Assembly (NCBI GenBank): GCA_050290185.1
Contig: JBNKHE010000001.1
Span: 610,713 to 674,712, forward strand
DNA length: 64,000 bases
Source: Pontiella sp.
GTDB taxonomy: Bacteria; Verrucomicrobiota; Kiritimatiellia; Kiritimatiellales; Pontiellaceae
Direction: 5' to 3'
A program made the position numbers and the translations under genes. Under the pieces are notes generated by a model. The model did no database searches, had not been told where the DNA came from, and saw only the letters and a program-made list of their open reading frames with translations. Shown one piece after another: positions 1-9,999 of this stretch. Each line of letters opens with the position of its first letter. Within the stretch, counting starts at the first letter, position 1.

Positions 1-197
1 ACGCCATCCTTGAGTGCAAACAGGGTGTAGTCGCGACCGCAACCTACGTTGATTCCGGGATGGAAACGGGTTCCAACCTGACGCACCAGAATGGTGCCTG
101 CCGTTACTTTCTGGCCACCGAAGCGCTTTACGCCGCGACGCTGTGCATTCGAGTCGCGACCGTTGCTGGATGAACCTTGTCCTTTTTTATGAGCCAT
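1..197 (-). CDS. rpmA: 50S ribosomal protein L27 (runs off window start)
   Basis: Manual minus-strand translation from ATG at 197: [48 protein letters not shown]...; directly downstream of rplU. Confidence 0.97.
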   Translation of the reverse strand, partial: MAHKKGQGSSSNGRDSNAQRRGVKRFGGQKVTAGTILVRQVGTRFHPGINVGCGRDYTLFALKDG

Positions 198-215
198 GAC
201 GAACCTCCCGCAAAA

Positions 216-530
216 CTATGCGCTGATTTCTTCCACTTTAATCTTGGTCAGATCCTGACGATGACCAATTTTACGACGATATCCTTTGCGGCGTTTCTTC
301 TTGAACGAATAGATCTTTTTACCGCGAAAGTCTTCAACAACTGAAACTTTGACCTTGGCACCGTCAACAAGCGGGGTGCCGATCGAAAGCTCACTCCCGT
401 TGGAAACGGCCAGCGCGTCGAATTCAACACTCGAACCTGCGTCAACCTTGAGCAGCTCTACATCGAGAACGTCGCCCTGTTGAACGCGATACTGTTTTCC
501 ACCGGTTTCTATTACAGCATATGCTTCCAT
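216..530 (-). CDS. rplU: 50S ribosomal protein L21
   Basis: YAVIETGGKQYRV...KKKRRKGYRRKIGHRQ L21 signature. Confidence 0.98.
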   Translation of the reverse strand: MEAYAVIETGGKQYRVQQGDVLDVELLKVDAGSSVEFDALAVSNGSELSIGTPLVDGAKVKVSVVEDFRGKKIYSFKKKRRKGYRRKIGHRQDLTKIKVEEISA

Positions 531-582
531 AAACTACCTCAATGCCCGAAAAGGGCTTTCTTTCCAAAAAATCAAGGGGCGG

Positions 583-611
583 AAACTACGGAATCGGCTC
601 CGTGCTGTCAA
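583..611 (-). promoter_or_regulatory. sigma70-type promoter for rplU-rpmA
   Basis: Minus strand TTGACA-N17-TAGTTT. Confidence 0.65.
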
Positions 612-786
612 CCCCAAACCAAAGCAAAAAAGAACGCTTTTGCATCCCTTATCCAAAGGGAGAGGGACTTTGCCCCGCCTTGACCGGAAATGCAAATGCC
701 ATATTCCGGATTTATACACAAATAGTTGCATAAAAACGACCTGCCCGTACCGTCCTGCCGGGAGACAAAAAACTAAACAATGCGAG

Positions 787-815
787 TTGACTCGCCCCAG
801 CCCAGCACGTATAAA
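787..815 (+). promoter_or_regulatory. sigma70-type promoter for tRNA-Ala
   Basis: TTGACT-N17-TATAAA ending 14 nt before the tRNA. Confidence 0.7.
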
Positions 816-828
816 GCACGTCCTTTTA

Positions 829-905
<77 letters not shown>

Positions 906-911
906 ATTCTT

Positions 912-940
912 AAAGGCCGGTCTTGCGACCGGCCTTTTTT
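912..940. terminator. Bidirectional intrinsic terminator
   Basis: AAAGGCCGGTC-TTGC-GACCGGCCTTTTTT between convergent tRNA and GH27. Confidence 0.85.
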
Positions 941-964
941 ATTTAGACGCCTACCAGAACATCC

Positions 965-2305
965 TTATTTCCCGGAAAGTCGGTAGAGCCCGGCACCATG
1001 AGCGGGCAATTCCGGCTCGAATGTTCCGTTTACCTTCAGGAATAAATTCTCGTGCTTCCACAGGTCGCGCACCTGAACCTTTCCCTTGAAGCCGACCGGC
1101 TCCATTTCCACCGGCACTTTGGCCTCTTCGTCAGTCGTATTGAACACCGCAAAATACTTATCCTTCGAATCGGGCACATCGGCCACCCAGGCAATGAATC
1201 CGTTGTCCGTGCGGAAGAGCTGGCGATTGTTTTCACTGTGCTGGTTTACAGCGAGCACTTCATCGTTGGTGAGCAGCTCCAACGTCAACTTGTCGGTCTT
1301 CGTCATGTCGCCGCCATGCATCAGCGGCGAACGGGCGATGCACCAGAGCGACATCAAGGTATACTGCTCGTCCTCGGTAAAGTTGGTTGGCCGGCCAAAC
1401 TTGACTTTGCCCAGCGGCAGCATGTCGGCATCCGGCCATGCCCCCTCGATGCGGTACGGTTCCCAATCGTGCAGTCGCTTGAACTGGGACAGCAAGGCCG
1501 GCCAGCTATCCCAGAAATCGTCGCTGATGCGCCATAGATTGGCATGCTGGTTCACATGCTCGCCCTTGGCCAACGGCGTTTCCCCCGGGGAAAGACTGAG
1601 AACCATTGGACGGCCGCTTTTATCGATCGCTTTGCGAATGGCTTCGATCTCGGCCTGTTGAACGGCATCATATGGACGGCTGATATCATCGACCTTCACA
1701 TAGTCCACGCCCCATGAAGCAAAAAGCTCATAGAATGAGTCATAGTATGACTGTGCGCCGGGCTTGGACATGTCCACCCCATACATATCCGGATTCCACG
1801 GACACGTACTGGAGGTGTTGGCAATATCGGCAGCTGTATATTCGGTGCCCTTGATCGGCGTCTTCTGTTTCACGGCCTGACGGGGAATGCCGCGCATCAT
1901 ATGAATGCCGAACTTGAGTCCCTTGGAATGGACATAGTCGGCCAACGGCTTGAAGCCGTTCCCATCTTTCGAAGAAGGAAATTTATTTGGAGCCGGCAGC
2001 AGGCGGCTGTATTCATCCATCGCCAGCTTGGCGCCCGCCTTGTAGTCGTGCCCCTCGGAACCAGGCTCGTACCACTGTATATCGACCACGATATATTCCC
2101 ACCCATGGGCCTTGAGCTTCTTCGCCATGAAGTCGGCCTGCTCCTTCGTCTGCTTTTCCGTGACCGTGGTGCCGAAGCAATCCCAGCTGTTCCAACCCAT
2201 CGGCGGCGTCTTCGCCCAATCGTGATAATCGCCGGCTTTGGCGTTTGCTACAACGCCCATTCCCAACACACTTGCGATCATCATGATGTACCTTGCCCGT
2301 TTCAT
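965..2305 (-). CDS. GH27 glycoside hydrolase, likely beta-L-arabinopyranosidase (or alpha-galactosidase), secreted
   Basis: TPPMGWNSW, DYVKVDD, WRISDD, WPDADMLPLG motifs; VVDIQWY instead of IDDCW; signal peptide. Confidence 0.9.
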   Translation of the reverse strand: MKRARYIMMIASVLGMGVVANAKAGDYHDWAKTPPMGWNSWDCFGTTVTEKQTKEQADFMAKKLKAHGWEYIVVDIQWYEPGSEGHDYKAGAKLAMDEYSRLLPAPNKFPSSKDGNGFKPLADYVHSKGLKFGIHMMRGIPRQAVKQKTPIKGTEYTAADIANTSSTCPWNPDMYGVDMSKPGAQSYYDSFYELFASWGVDYVKVDDISRPYDAVQQAEIEAIRKAIDKSGRPMVLSLSPGETPLAKGEHVNQHANLWRISDDFWDSWPALLSQFKRLHDWEPYRIEGAWPDADMLPLGKVKFGRPTNFTEDEQYTLMSLWCIARSPLMHGGDMTKTDKLTLELLTNDEVLAVNQHSENNRQLFRTDNGFIAWVADVPDSKDKYFAVFNTTDEEAKVPVEMEPVGFKGKVQVRDLWKHENLFLKVNGTFEPELPAHGAGLYRLSGK

Positions 2306-2580
2306 ATCCTAATCTCCTTTTCTTTGTCCCTGTCTAAAAACCTATCCCATTGAACATTGTTTGGGAAGCAGTCGGCAACAACGCTTTTTCTCATATCGTG
2401 ACCGCATGGCCTCCCCCCCCCCCTCCAAATGCCCCCTAAGGATAGACTGGACATGCGCCGTTCCGCTCAAGGTGCGGAAAGCGCAATCCACAGGGTCGCT
2501 CCGGAGTGGCTTACCAAGCTCATCGGATCCGGTGAATAAGATGCCCCTGCTCCCATCACGGGATCCCGGATAACGACGCC

Positions 2581-4506
2581 CTAGAGTTCCTTTACCTTGA
2601 GCACGACCACGGAAAAGGCGGGCATCTGATAGCTAAAGGTCGGCTTGATGCCGGAGACTTTGCCTGCTTCAGGCGAAATTTTCTTGGGCTCTTCAAGGGA
2701 ATTGTAGTCATCCGGATCACCGGTAAGCACCTCCACAAGCGCATTCGGCGCCACTTTTCCCACTCCATCGAGGGTAATCCGCACGGTTTCGCTGCTTCGT
2801 TCGGGATTGACCAGCTTGATGTAGACGATCCCCTGCTCGCTATCCCGGGTCACGGAACAGTGCAGGTCGGAACCATCGTTCATCGTCGTCGCAAGAATTT
2901 CGTCACCAAAGTTGGTACTGAACATCTTGAAGGCATAATAACTCGGTGAACCGTAGGACTGGATGACGTTGTAGCCGATCAGGTCGGGACGCCACTGATA
3001 TTCGTTCTCGTTGACGAACAGCGGAGCATAGGCCTGCAGGGTGACGATGTCGGAATTGCGCTCCATCGCCACCATGAAGACCGCGTCGCCGATGGCGGAA
3101 AGCATGCCCGGTGTCGCGGGATAGGTCTCTCTGGATCTCGCGTCCCACGGCCGAAGATTGCTATCCTCATGGGCCGCCCACTCACCGACAAAGATTTCCG
3201 GGCCGCTGCGGTCATAGTCGTCGAAGTAGCCATTCTTGACCATCTCGATGAATTCATCGGTAGAACGGTAGTAGTGCTCGTCGAGCACGTCCGGCTGTCG
3301 GCTCTTGACCAACCAGCGCGATTGCTCGTTGCCAACGCTGGAGATGCATTTGAGCTGCGGATATTTCTTCTTGATGGCGTCATGGAACTGCGCATACCGC
3401 CGATCGTAGCTGCCCGAGGTGTCGAACCAATCCTCGTTGCCGATCTCCACGTAATGCAGCGGAAAGGGCTCTGGATGGCCGGCTTCGGCGCGCTTGGCGC
3501 CCCATTTCGAATCGACGGGGCCGATGATGTATTCGATCTCGTCCAATGCCTCCTTTACATACGGCTCCAGCTCCGGCCCGGCATCAATATAGCTCTTGTT
3601 CAGGTTGTAGCCGGCATAGAGTCCAACCACCGGCTCGGCTCCCATGTCCTCGGCCCACAGCAGGAATTCATGCAGCCCCATTCCGTCGCATGAACGGTAG
3701 CCCCATGGGCAGGGATGGCCGGGACGTTCAGTTAGGCCACCCAGCGTTTCCCACCACTTGAAACGCTCTTCGACCGTATTGCCTTCGAGATAGTTGCCGC
3801 CGGGAAAACGCAGGAACTTGGGTTTCAGATCGACGAGCAACTGCATCAGATCCTTGCGCAGTCCATTCGGGCGATCATTCCACGTCGGCGGAAACAGTGA
3901 AACCAGGCTCAGCCAGATCGTGCGTTTTTCGCCTGCCAGCAGCACCAGCTGGGCATCCGCCGTTTCCTTTGCATTGTCCGTTTCAAGAATCACTTCATAC
4001 TTCTTCCAGTCCGGTCCGATAGATTCCACCTCGTCTTTGGCATAGATCTTCCGCCCGTCCTTGTCCATGATGGCGATGCCGACCGGGCCGGATCCGCCGG
4101 TGGATTTTGCATAGAACGAAAGACGGTATTTCGTATTCGGCTTCACAGGAATCCCCCACCAGCCTTCGTTGGCCAGTTTCGAGGCGCGCTTGGAGCGGAT
4201 ATCCCATTTCAAGGAAACATCGATCTTTTCATTAAGCGGATTGGCCCGGTCCAACTCGATCGTGCTGTTATCATCCAGCAACGACCAATGGACCGGCTTG
4301 TTCGCATCATCCTTAAAGGCGCGGTTTCGTACCAGCTCGGCATAGAGACCGCCGTCGTAGCAATAGTTGATCTCCTCCGTCATCAGCCCGTAATGGATCG
4401 GACTGGCCTTCGCCTTGGCTTCTTTCGTATCAATCGTCAACGTCGTGGATGCGAAGGCCACCGAGGCCAATGAAATCATGATTCCTCCCCAAAAAGCACT
4501 TTTCAT
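2581..4506 (-). CDS. GH51 alpha-L-arabinofuranosidase with N-terminal CBM-like domain
   Basis: DGGLYAELV, LRFPGGNYLEG, VEIGNED, IFVGEWA, ERNSD..YAPLF motifs. Confidence 0.92.
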   Translation of the reverse strand: MKSAFWGGIMISLASVAFASTTLTIDTKEAKAKASPIHYGLMTEEINYCYDGGLYAELVRNRAFKDDANKPVHWSLLDDNSTIELDRANPLNEKIDVSLKWDIRSKRASKLANEGWWGIPVKPNTKYRLSFYAKSTGGSGPVGIAIMDKDGRKIYAKDEVESIGPDWKKYEVILETDNAKETADAQLVLLAGEKRTIWLSLVSLFPPTWNDRPNGLRKDLMQLLVDLKPKFLRFPGGNYLEGNTVEERFKWWETLGGLTERPGHPCPWGYRSCDGMGLHEFLLWAEDMGAEPVVGLYAGYNLNKSYIDAGPELEPYVKEALDEIEYIIGPVDSKWGAKRAEAGHPEPFPLHYVEIGNEDWFDTSGSYDRRYAQFHDAIKKKYPQLKCISSVGNEQSRWLVKSRQPDVLDEHYYRSTDEFIEMVKNGYFDDYDRSGPEIFVGEWAAHEDSNLRPWDARSRETYPATPGMLSAIGDAVFMVAMERNSDIVTLQAYAPLFVNENEYQWRPDLIGYNVIQSYGSPSYYAFKMFSTNFGDEILATTMNDGSDLHCSVTRDSEQGIVYIKLVNPERSSETVRITLDGVGKVAPNALVEVLTGDPDDYNSLEEPKKISPEAGKVSGIKPTFSYQMPAFSVVVLKVKEL

Positions 4507-4533
4507 CTTCTACTCCCCTCTCATTCAACACAC

Positions 4534-4572
4534 AAAGAAAACGGCTGGAACATTCATGACCGTCCCAGCCGT
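4534..4572 (-). terminator. Putative intrinsic terminator after GH31
   Basis: ACGGCTGG...CCAGCCGT stem followed by TTTCTTT on minus strand. Confidence 0.55.
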
Positions 4573-4601
4573 GCTACAAGAAACAAGCGATTTATGCAAT
4601 G

Positions 4602-7520
4602 TTATTTCATATCCACGATAGCCTGCTTCCCAAGGTAGATCACTTCCTTGATTCCAGCCTCCGCCTCATCGATCCCCTTGGCGGTATCGGGCGTAGCGAG
4701 CACAACCCGGTATTTGCGCGCCTTGACGAGTTCCGGGAAACCGCCTTTGCGGTCGCCGATGGTCAGCGTGCGCGCAGCGTCGTTCCACTTTAGTTCGATG
4801 GTGGCGAATGCGCCCTTTTCATAGTTGTAGGTTTCTCCGTCGTCCTCGTAGATCGTGAAGGTGGCATCGGCCCCGGGATAGATGCGGATTTCGTACGGCG
4901 CATCCGGTTGCTCATCCACATACTGCATGGCCGGACTCATCGGCACGATAGATCCCGCGCGGACGTAGAGCGGGAAGATGTCCAGCGGGCACGGCCGTTC
5001 GATGTCCCGTCCGCCGTCGACCTTTTCGTTGGTCCAGAAGTCACACCACGTGCCGGCGGGCAGGTAGGTTTTCACCATATTATCCGGACCGGTATCGCCC
5101 GACGCCAATTCTTCGGGCGTCTTCCAGGCCAGCTTCAGGCCGCGGTCTCCCCCACCCTGGTAGTATTCGATCTTCAGCTGAACCTTCTGCCCCTTGGTGA
5201 AGGAGAGCTTCTTGCCATGGTACTCCATGCCATGGGCCCGCCAGTCATCGACAATCTGAACATCATCGATCCAGAGTCGCGCGCCGTCGTCGGCCACAGT
5301 TCCGATTTCGTACTCGCCGGTTTCCGGGATGGTTAATATTGCTTCGTAGCGGGCGGAGAAATCAGAGCCCCGTTCGATCCCCTCCGGAAAATCGGCCAGT
5401 GGAGGGCCGGGCCACGTCTGGTTGACCTGAGGCTCAACAGTTTTGCTGACCGCTTCTTCGAAGTTGCGACCGCGGTAGTACTGGACCGCAACGCCCGGTT
5501 GTCCGTCGGGCGTCTGGAGCAGCGCTCCCGGAACGAGACTCTCCGGGGCTTCCTCCCCGGCGGTATAGATGGCCCGATCGACAACCCGTGCGAGAAAGGA
5601 GGGCCCAAACATGAGCTGATTCTCGAGTTTGCGGACGTTTTGATCGTCCGGAAAATCCATCGCCATGCCGCGCATCATGGTGTAGCCATTAATGGTGGAC
5701 TGCCAGGCGAGGCCGTAGATGTATGGAATCAGACGGTAGCGCAGGTGCGCGGCATCGAGCATGGAATCGTACATCTCGGGATCCATGTCCTTAAAGAGAT
5801 AGGGCTCGCGAGAGATGCTCGTGCCGTGGATGCGGTAGATCGGATTGAAGATGGCGAACTGGTTCCAGCGGGCATACAGCTCGCGGTATTTCGGATCGCG
5901 CTCCGCATTTCCGTAAACAAAGAAACCGCCGGTATCCTGCGTCCAGTAGGGTTGCCCCGCCATGCAGACGTTCAGCCCGCCGGCAATCTGGCTGCGCAGC
6001 GTGTCCCAGCTCGCGCGGGTGTCGCCCGACCATGACAGTGCGGAGTAGCGCTGCTGGCCGGTGTAGGCGGAACGGGTCAGGGTGAAGACACGCTTGTTGC
6101 TGATGGCGCGCTGACCTTCGTAGGTGCCCTTGGTGGTCATCAGGCTGTAGGCGTTCAGATACCGTGAAAAGTCGCCCATGGCGTTGTCTCCAAGGTTCTT
6201 GATGTCGGCCATCACCTTGTAGGGATCATGACAGGCGCTGCCGACCTCGACCTCGGTCCCGTCCATCCAGAGCGCGTCGACACCGACATCGAGCAACCCC
6301 TTCTTGATGTGCTTGAAATAGATCTCGCGGCCCTTTTCACTGAAGGCGTCATAGATGCGAGCATGCTTGGAAATCCAGTGCAACGGCTCAAAGCGAAGTC
6401 CGTATTGATCCAGCTCCTTGGCCAGTGCGGTATCGTTGCCTACCGATGGCCAGATGGAAATCATCAGCTTGACGTGCAGATCATCGTGAAGCGTTTTGGC
6501 CATGCCGGCCGGATCGGGGTAGCGATCCGGTGTCCACGTCATACCACTCCAGGATCCGTCCTTGTCGCTGCCCCAGTATTGCCAGTCCTGCACAATGGTA
6601 TCGAGGGGGAACTGCACGTTGCGGAACTTTTTCACAACATCGATCACCTCATCCTGGGTCTTGTAGCGCTCCTTGCACATGAACAGACCGAAGAACTTCT
6701 TGGAAAGCATCGGGGCCGCACCGGTCAGCTTGCGGTAGCCGGCAATGACGTCGTCCATGGTGTCGCCCGCCATGAAATAGTAGTCGACGCCGGCTGGAGA
6801 ACTTTCGGACCAGAACGTGGCGCCGTCGGCATTGTCCTCGAAAGTCGTCTGAGAATAGGCGTCCCACATGATGCCGTAGCGATGAGTGGAAATCAGCAGC
6901 GGCACGACGATGCCGATGTTGGTCTGGATCAGCAGCACCTTCTTGCCGCGGTAGTCCATGTAGCGGTCATTGTACTGGCCAAGCCCGTAGAGCGATTCGT
7001 CGTCGCTCAACGTGAAGCGCTGTTTCACCTCGTAGGTTGGTGCTCCGGAGATCTCAACTTCCTTGATCTCGCTGGGTTGCTGGGCGTTTTCACGCGTGAT
7101 CAACGCTCCGTCTGGACGATAGAAGGACAATGCGCCGGTTTTACCATCAACCTTGATGGTCAGCATGTCGCTCACGATCTGAAAACCTCCATCGACCGGA
7201 ATGACCTTCAGCTCCGGCGCGTTCGGTTTATCCACCACCACCAGGCTGGCATACTCGGTCAAGGGCTTGCCCAGGTTGGAATTTACACGCACCGTTTCGG
7301 GGCCATAGAAAATGACGTTCTTGACGGTTTTGCCCACACGAATCTGCACACCATCCCGCAAACGGGCCACCTTCAACTCATCCACCTTCTTGGCTTGGGA
7401 CGCCAGTTTAAGTTGCCCACTTTCATCGAGTCCGGTCACGGATTTCGCAAAACCGTTCGAAGCCGCCATAAGAACCAGGCTCAGGGCAACAGCGCCATAG
7501 ATAGATCGTCTATACTTCAT
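4602..7520 (-). CDS. GH31 alpha-xylosidase-like enzyme with PA14 insertion
   Basis: IVQDWQYW, WMDGTE nucleophile motif, WSGD, YWTQDTGGF, PA14 (ADDGARLWID..HG); start at ATG 7520 (SD AAGGA, signal peptide). Confidence 0.9.
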   Translation of the reverse strand: MKYRRSIYGAVALSLVLMAASNGFAKSVTGLDESGQLKLASQAKKVDELKVARLRDGVQIRVGKTVKNVIFYGPETVRVNSNLGKPLTEYASLVVVDKPNAPELKVIPVDGGFQIVSDMLTIKVDGKTGALSFYRPDGALITRENAQQPSEIKEVEISGAPTYEVKQRFTLSDDESLYGLGQYNDRYMDYRGKKVLLIQTNIGIVVPLLISTHRYGIMWDAYSQTTFEDNADGATFWSESSPAGVDYYFMAGDTMDDVIAGYRKLTGAAPMLSKKFFGLFMCKERYKTQDEVIDVVKKFRNVQFPLDTIVQDWQYWGSDKDGSWSGMTWTPDRYPDPAGMAKTLHDDLHVKLMISIWPSVGNDTALAKELDQYGLRFEPLHWISKHARIYDAFSEKGREIYFKHIKKGLLDVGVDALWMDGTEVEVGSACHDPYKVMADIKNLGDNAMGDFSRYLNAYSLMTTKGTYEGQRAISNKRVFTLTRSAYTGQQRYSALSWSGDTRASWDTLRSQIAGGLNVCMAGQPYWTQDTGGFFVYGNAERDPKYRELYARWNQFAIFNPIYRIHGTSISREPYLFKDMDPEMYDSMLDAAHLRYRLIPYIYGLAWQSTINGYTMMRGMAMDFPDDQNVRKLENQLMFGPSFLARVVDRAIYTAGEEAPESLVPGALLQTPDGQPGVAVQYYRGRNFEEAVSKTVEPQVNQTWPGPPLADFPEGIERGSDFSARYEAILTIPETGEYEIGTVADDGARLWIDDVQIVDDWRAHGMEYHGKKLSFTKGQKVQLKIEYYQGGGDRGLKLAWKTPEELASGDTGPDNMVKTYLPAGTWCDFWTNEKVDGGRDIERPCPLDIFPLYVRAGSIVPMSPAMQYVDEQPDAPYEIRIYPGADATFTIYEDDGETYNYEKGAFATIELKWNDAARTLTIGDRKGGFPELVKARKYRVVLATPDTAKGIDEAEAGIKEVIYLGKQAIVDMK

Positions 7521-7608
7521 AACATTCCTTGATTTCAGTTTCTCTAAACATGCCTTGGAACCGGTAATCATAACAATTAAGGCCCCTCAGTCGATTTCCT
7601 TAAAACAC

Positions 7609-7639
7609 AAAAAAGGCGCCGCACCGTTGTGCGGCTCCT
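7609..7639 (-). terminator. Intrinsic terminator after 7738-9681 gene
   Basis: Minus strand GGAGCCGCAC-AACG-GTGCGGCGCC-TTTTTT. Confidence 0.65.
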
Positions 7640-7737
7640 CCACTCCGTTGCCCGATAGTGGCTATGCGGACAGTCGGCCATACCCGGTGAAGATATCGGC
7701 GGCGACCATAGCCGCCAACATCCTCACGGCAACCCAA

Positions 7738-9681
7738 CTAGTTTCCTTCAATCCGGAAAAACTCCTTGCTCGAGGCCGCAGGAACCGTCGCCATGGTAGA
7801 AGCCCCCGCCCCGGAGACGTTGGTCACTGCCGTCCAGGACCCAGCAGTCAGGCTACTCTTGCTCATGACGCCATAGCTCGCGCCAATCTCGGATTGCCAT
7901 GTAAGCGTAGCCGAACCTCCCGATATCACAATCGACTGAATATCGGGCACAACCGTCGGTCCAGTCGGGGTCAAATTGATCAAGAAGGTGCGGTCGGCCG
8001 CCGGATGTACCGTCCCCAGATTGAGGGCCTCCTTCGTAGCCGTCGTATAGGCATCGCCGCCGCCGTACCAGTCGTTGGTGCCCATGCCCGCTAGTTCGAA
8101 GTAGGGTCCATAGGAGGTCAGATCGAAGCCATACTGCTTGTTGGCATCCAACGCGACGGGCACGCTCAATCTGTACTCCATCCAATAACCGGTGCCCAGC
8201 CCCCCGGAAACGCTGATGCTGTTGGATACCACCGTGAGCGCCTCGCTGTAGACCACAAAGTTGGCCGTGTTGGTTTGCGAAGGATCGACAATGCGGATCG
8301 TGACATCATCACCCGGATTCAGGCCGGCAAACGTGCCGTTGCCAGTAGGAAGATCATTGGTATAGAGCACGTTCTTAACCCAAACGGAACTCAACTCGTA
8401 GCCTGCAGAGGTCGAGCCGGTGGTGAAGATCTGTCCCTGGGTAAGGCGATCGTTCGCCACATAGGTCGAAGGATCGTTGTCCCCGGAATAAGCATTTGTC
8501 GAGACAACACCATCAATGTTATCCCAATCCATGCCGGGCGCTACAAACTGGGCGATGTCGTCCGCCCCGGCCCCCGGTGCATTGGTAGTCGAGGTGATGT
8601 ACACGCCCGATCCCTGGGCAACGATGCTGAATGCCCAGCTATTCGAAACGGCAGCAATACTTGGTTCCGTGTCATCGGCCACGATCTTTACCGTATGATG
8701 AGATCCTACCGCCAGCGGTGAAGGAACGGTATAGCTCACATAGTTGATCGTGGTGTCCACCGATTGGCTTACAACGGTAGAGACCTGCACATTGTCTAGA
8801 TACAAGGCGATGGAGTTGGTGTCGACGGGGAAAGTGCCATCAACGACCTCCGCCGTTATGGTTGGTGTTGCGTTGGTCGTTCCTCCTTCGGGACTTTTTG
8901 CACCAAAGCTAGGGGGATTCGCAGGAACCGTTGTAAGAACATCCGCAAAGGTCGTCCCCCATTTAATGTCATCCCAGAAACCGCTTGATTCATCGTAGTC
9001 TGAAAGCGTCAAGGTATCCCAGATCAGATCCTTACTCGACGCAATGAAAGAAGAATCGCCTTCGGAGGCTGGATCCAGCCAGACCGTTACTTCGTCGCTG
9101 GCAGCATTGGATGAAAGAACAAACTTTGCCACCATCAAATGCCAGCCCGTATCCAGAGCAATACCGGATGAGATATAGGAGTTGTCGACCCCGAAGCTGT
9201 AGACAGCCCCGCCCATTCCTCCATTATCCGTTGCACCCGCATCAAAGTTGCGGGAGGCATCGCTGTCGGTATTCCCGATGCCGTCGTACAGTGCCAGCAT
9301 CTCATAGGTCAGACCGGAAGTACCGTTGACTTTGAACAGCCATCCCAGATAGAGCGTACCTACGGAGTTGGAAGTCGCGCTGATCGAGGCATCCAGCTGG
9401 CGGGCGACACGACCGCTTGTAGTTTCTGCGAATCCATCATTCCCACTGACATAGCCACCGGGTTGACTGACAATATCCCCGCTTCCAAAGGATGTTGATG
9501 CGTGGACCCAATTGCTGACGTATCCCGATATAACCGGCGATGGAATATCGTCATCGAGTTGGGTAATGCCATCGTTGGCATATGCTGAGAAGTCATCATG
9601 ACTCAGCAACGTGGCCCGGGCCGAAACGGCTCCCATGGCCAGCACTGCGAGCAGGGTACTACTGGCTAATATCTTATTCAT
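7738..9681 (-). CDS. Secreted multidomain protein of unknown function (beta-rich domain, Ig-like domain, domain shared with adjacent GH31, C-terminal W..Y..L..W..FFR domain)
   Basis: Signal peptide, 647 aa S/T/G-rich ORF, SD GGAG; homology to N-terminus of 10000-13260. Confidence 0.85.
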   Translation of the reverse strand: MNKILASSTLLAVLAMGAVSARATLLSHDDFSAYANDGITQLDDDIPSPVISGYVSNWVHASTSFGSGDIVSQPGGYVSGNDGFAETTSGRVARQLDASISATSNSVGTLYLGWLFKVNGTSGLTYEMLALYDGIGNTDSDASRNFDAGATDNGGMGGAVYSFGVDNSYISSGIALDTGWHLMVAKFVLSSNAASDEVTVWLDPASEGDSSFIASSKDLIWDTLTLSDYDESSGFWDDIKWGTTFADVLTTVPANPPSFGAKSPEGGTTNATPTITAEVVDGTFPVDTNSIALYLDNVQVSTVVSQSVDTTINYVSYTVPSPLAVGSHHTVKIVADDTEPSIAAVSNSWAFSIVAQGSGVYITSTTNAPGAGADDIAQFVAPGMDWDNIDGVVSTNAYSGDNDPSTYVANDRLTQGQIFTTGSTSAGYELSSVWVKNVLYTNDLPTGNGTFAGLNPGDDVTIRIVDPSQTNTANFVVYSEALTVVSNSISVSGGLGTGYWMEYRLSVPVALDANKQYGFDLTSYGPYFELAGMGTNDWYGGGDAYTTATKEALNLGTVHPAADRTFLINLTPTGPTVVPDIQSIVISGGSATLTWQSEIGASYGVMSKSSLTAGSWTAVTNVSGAGASTMATVPAASSKEFFRIEGN

Positions 9682-9999
9682 TGCGCTCTCCCTCTCTTTG
9701 TTTTTTCTTCTCTCATTTCAGCCCCACGGAACCGGCAACTCATTGCCCCCTTAGTGCCTTCACCGTGTACACGCCGAACCTTGTGTTGCAAAATATCGGA
9801 TTCAGGGGCATTCCCGGCCAGACTGGAGAATAAATTACCACCCTCCTATTGATTACGAGCGACAGACGGTTTTTTTTACCGCCAGAAATTTTGAAAAAAA
9901 TGCACGGTACGATCACATGGCATCCGACAACGGCATCGGATGCAGACCGACGCCATCGTCACGAAACACATAAATGCGTGGAGAACCGCTGTTCGGTCA

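Noticed and set aside
2361..2580. Possible small ORF or gene remnant between GH27 and GH51
   Set aside because: No recognisable protein motif in the frames inspected and no SD/start support
6228..7532. Long plus-strand ORFs opposite real genes (also 18600-20492, 23497-24657, 54215-55444)
   Set aside because: Antisense shadows of well-supported genes in GC-rich codon usage; no family motifs
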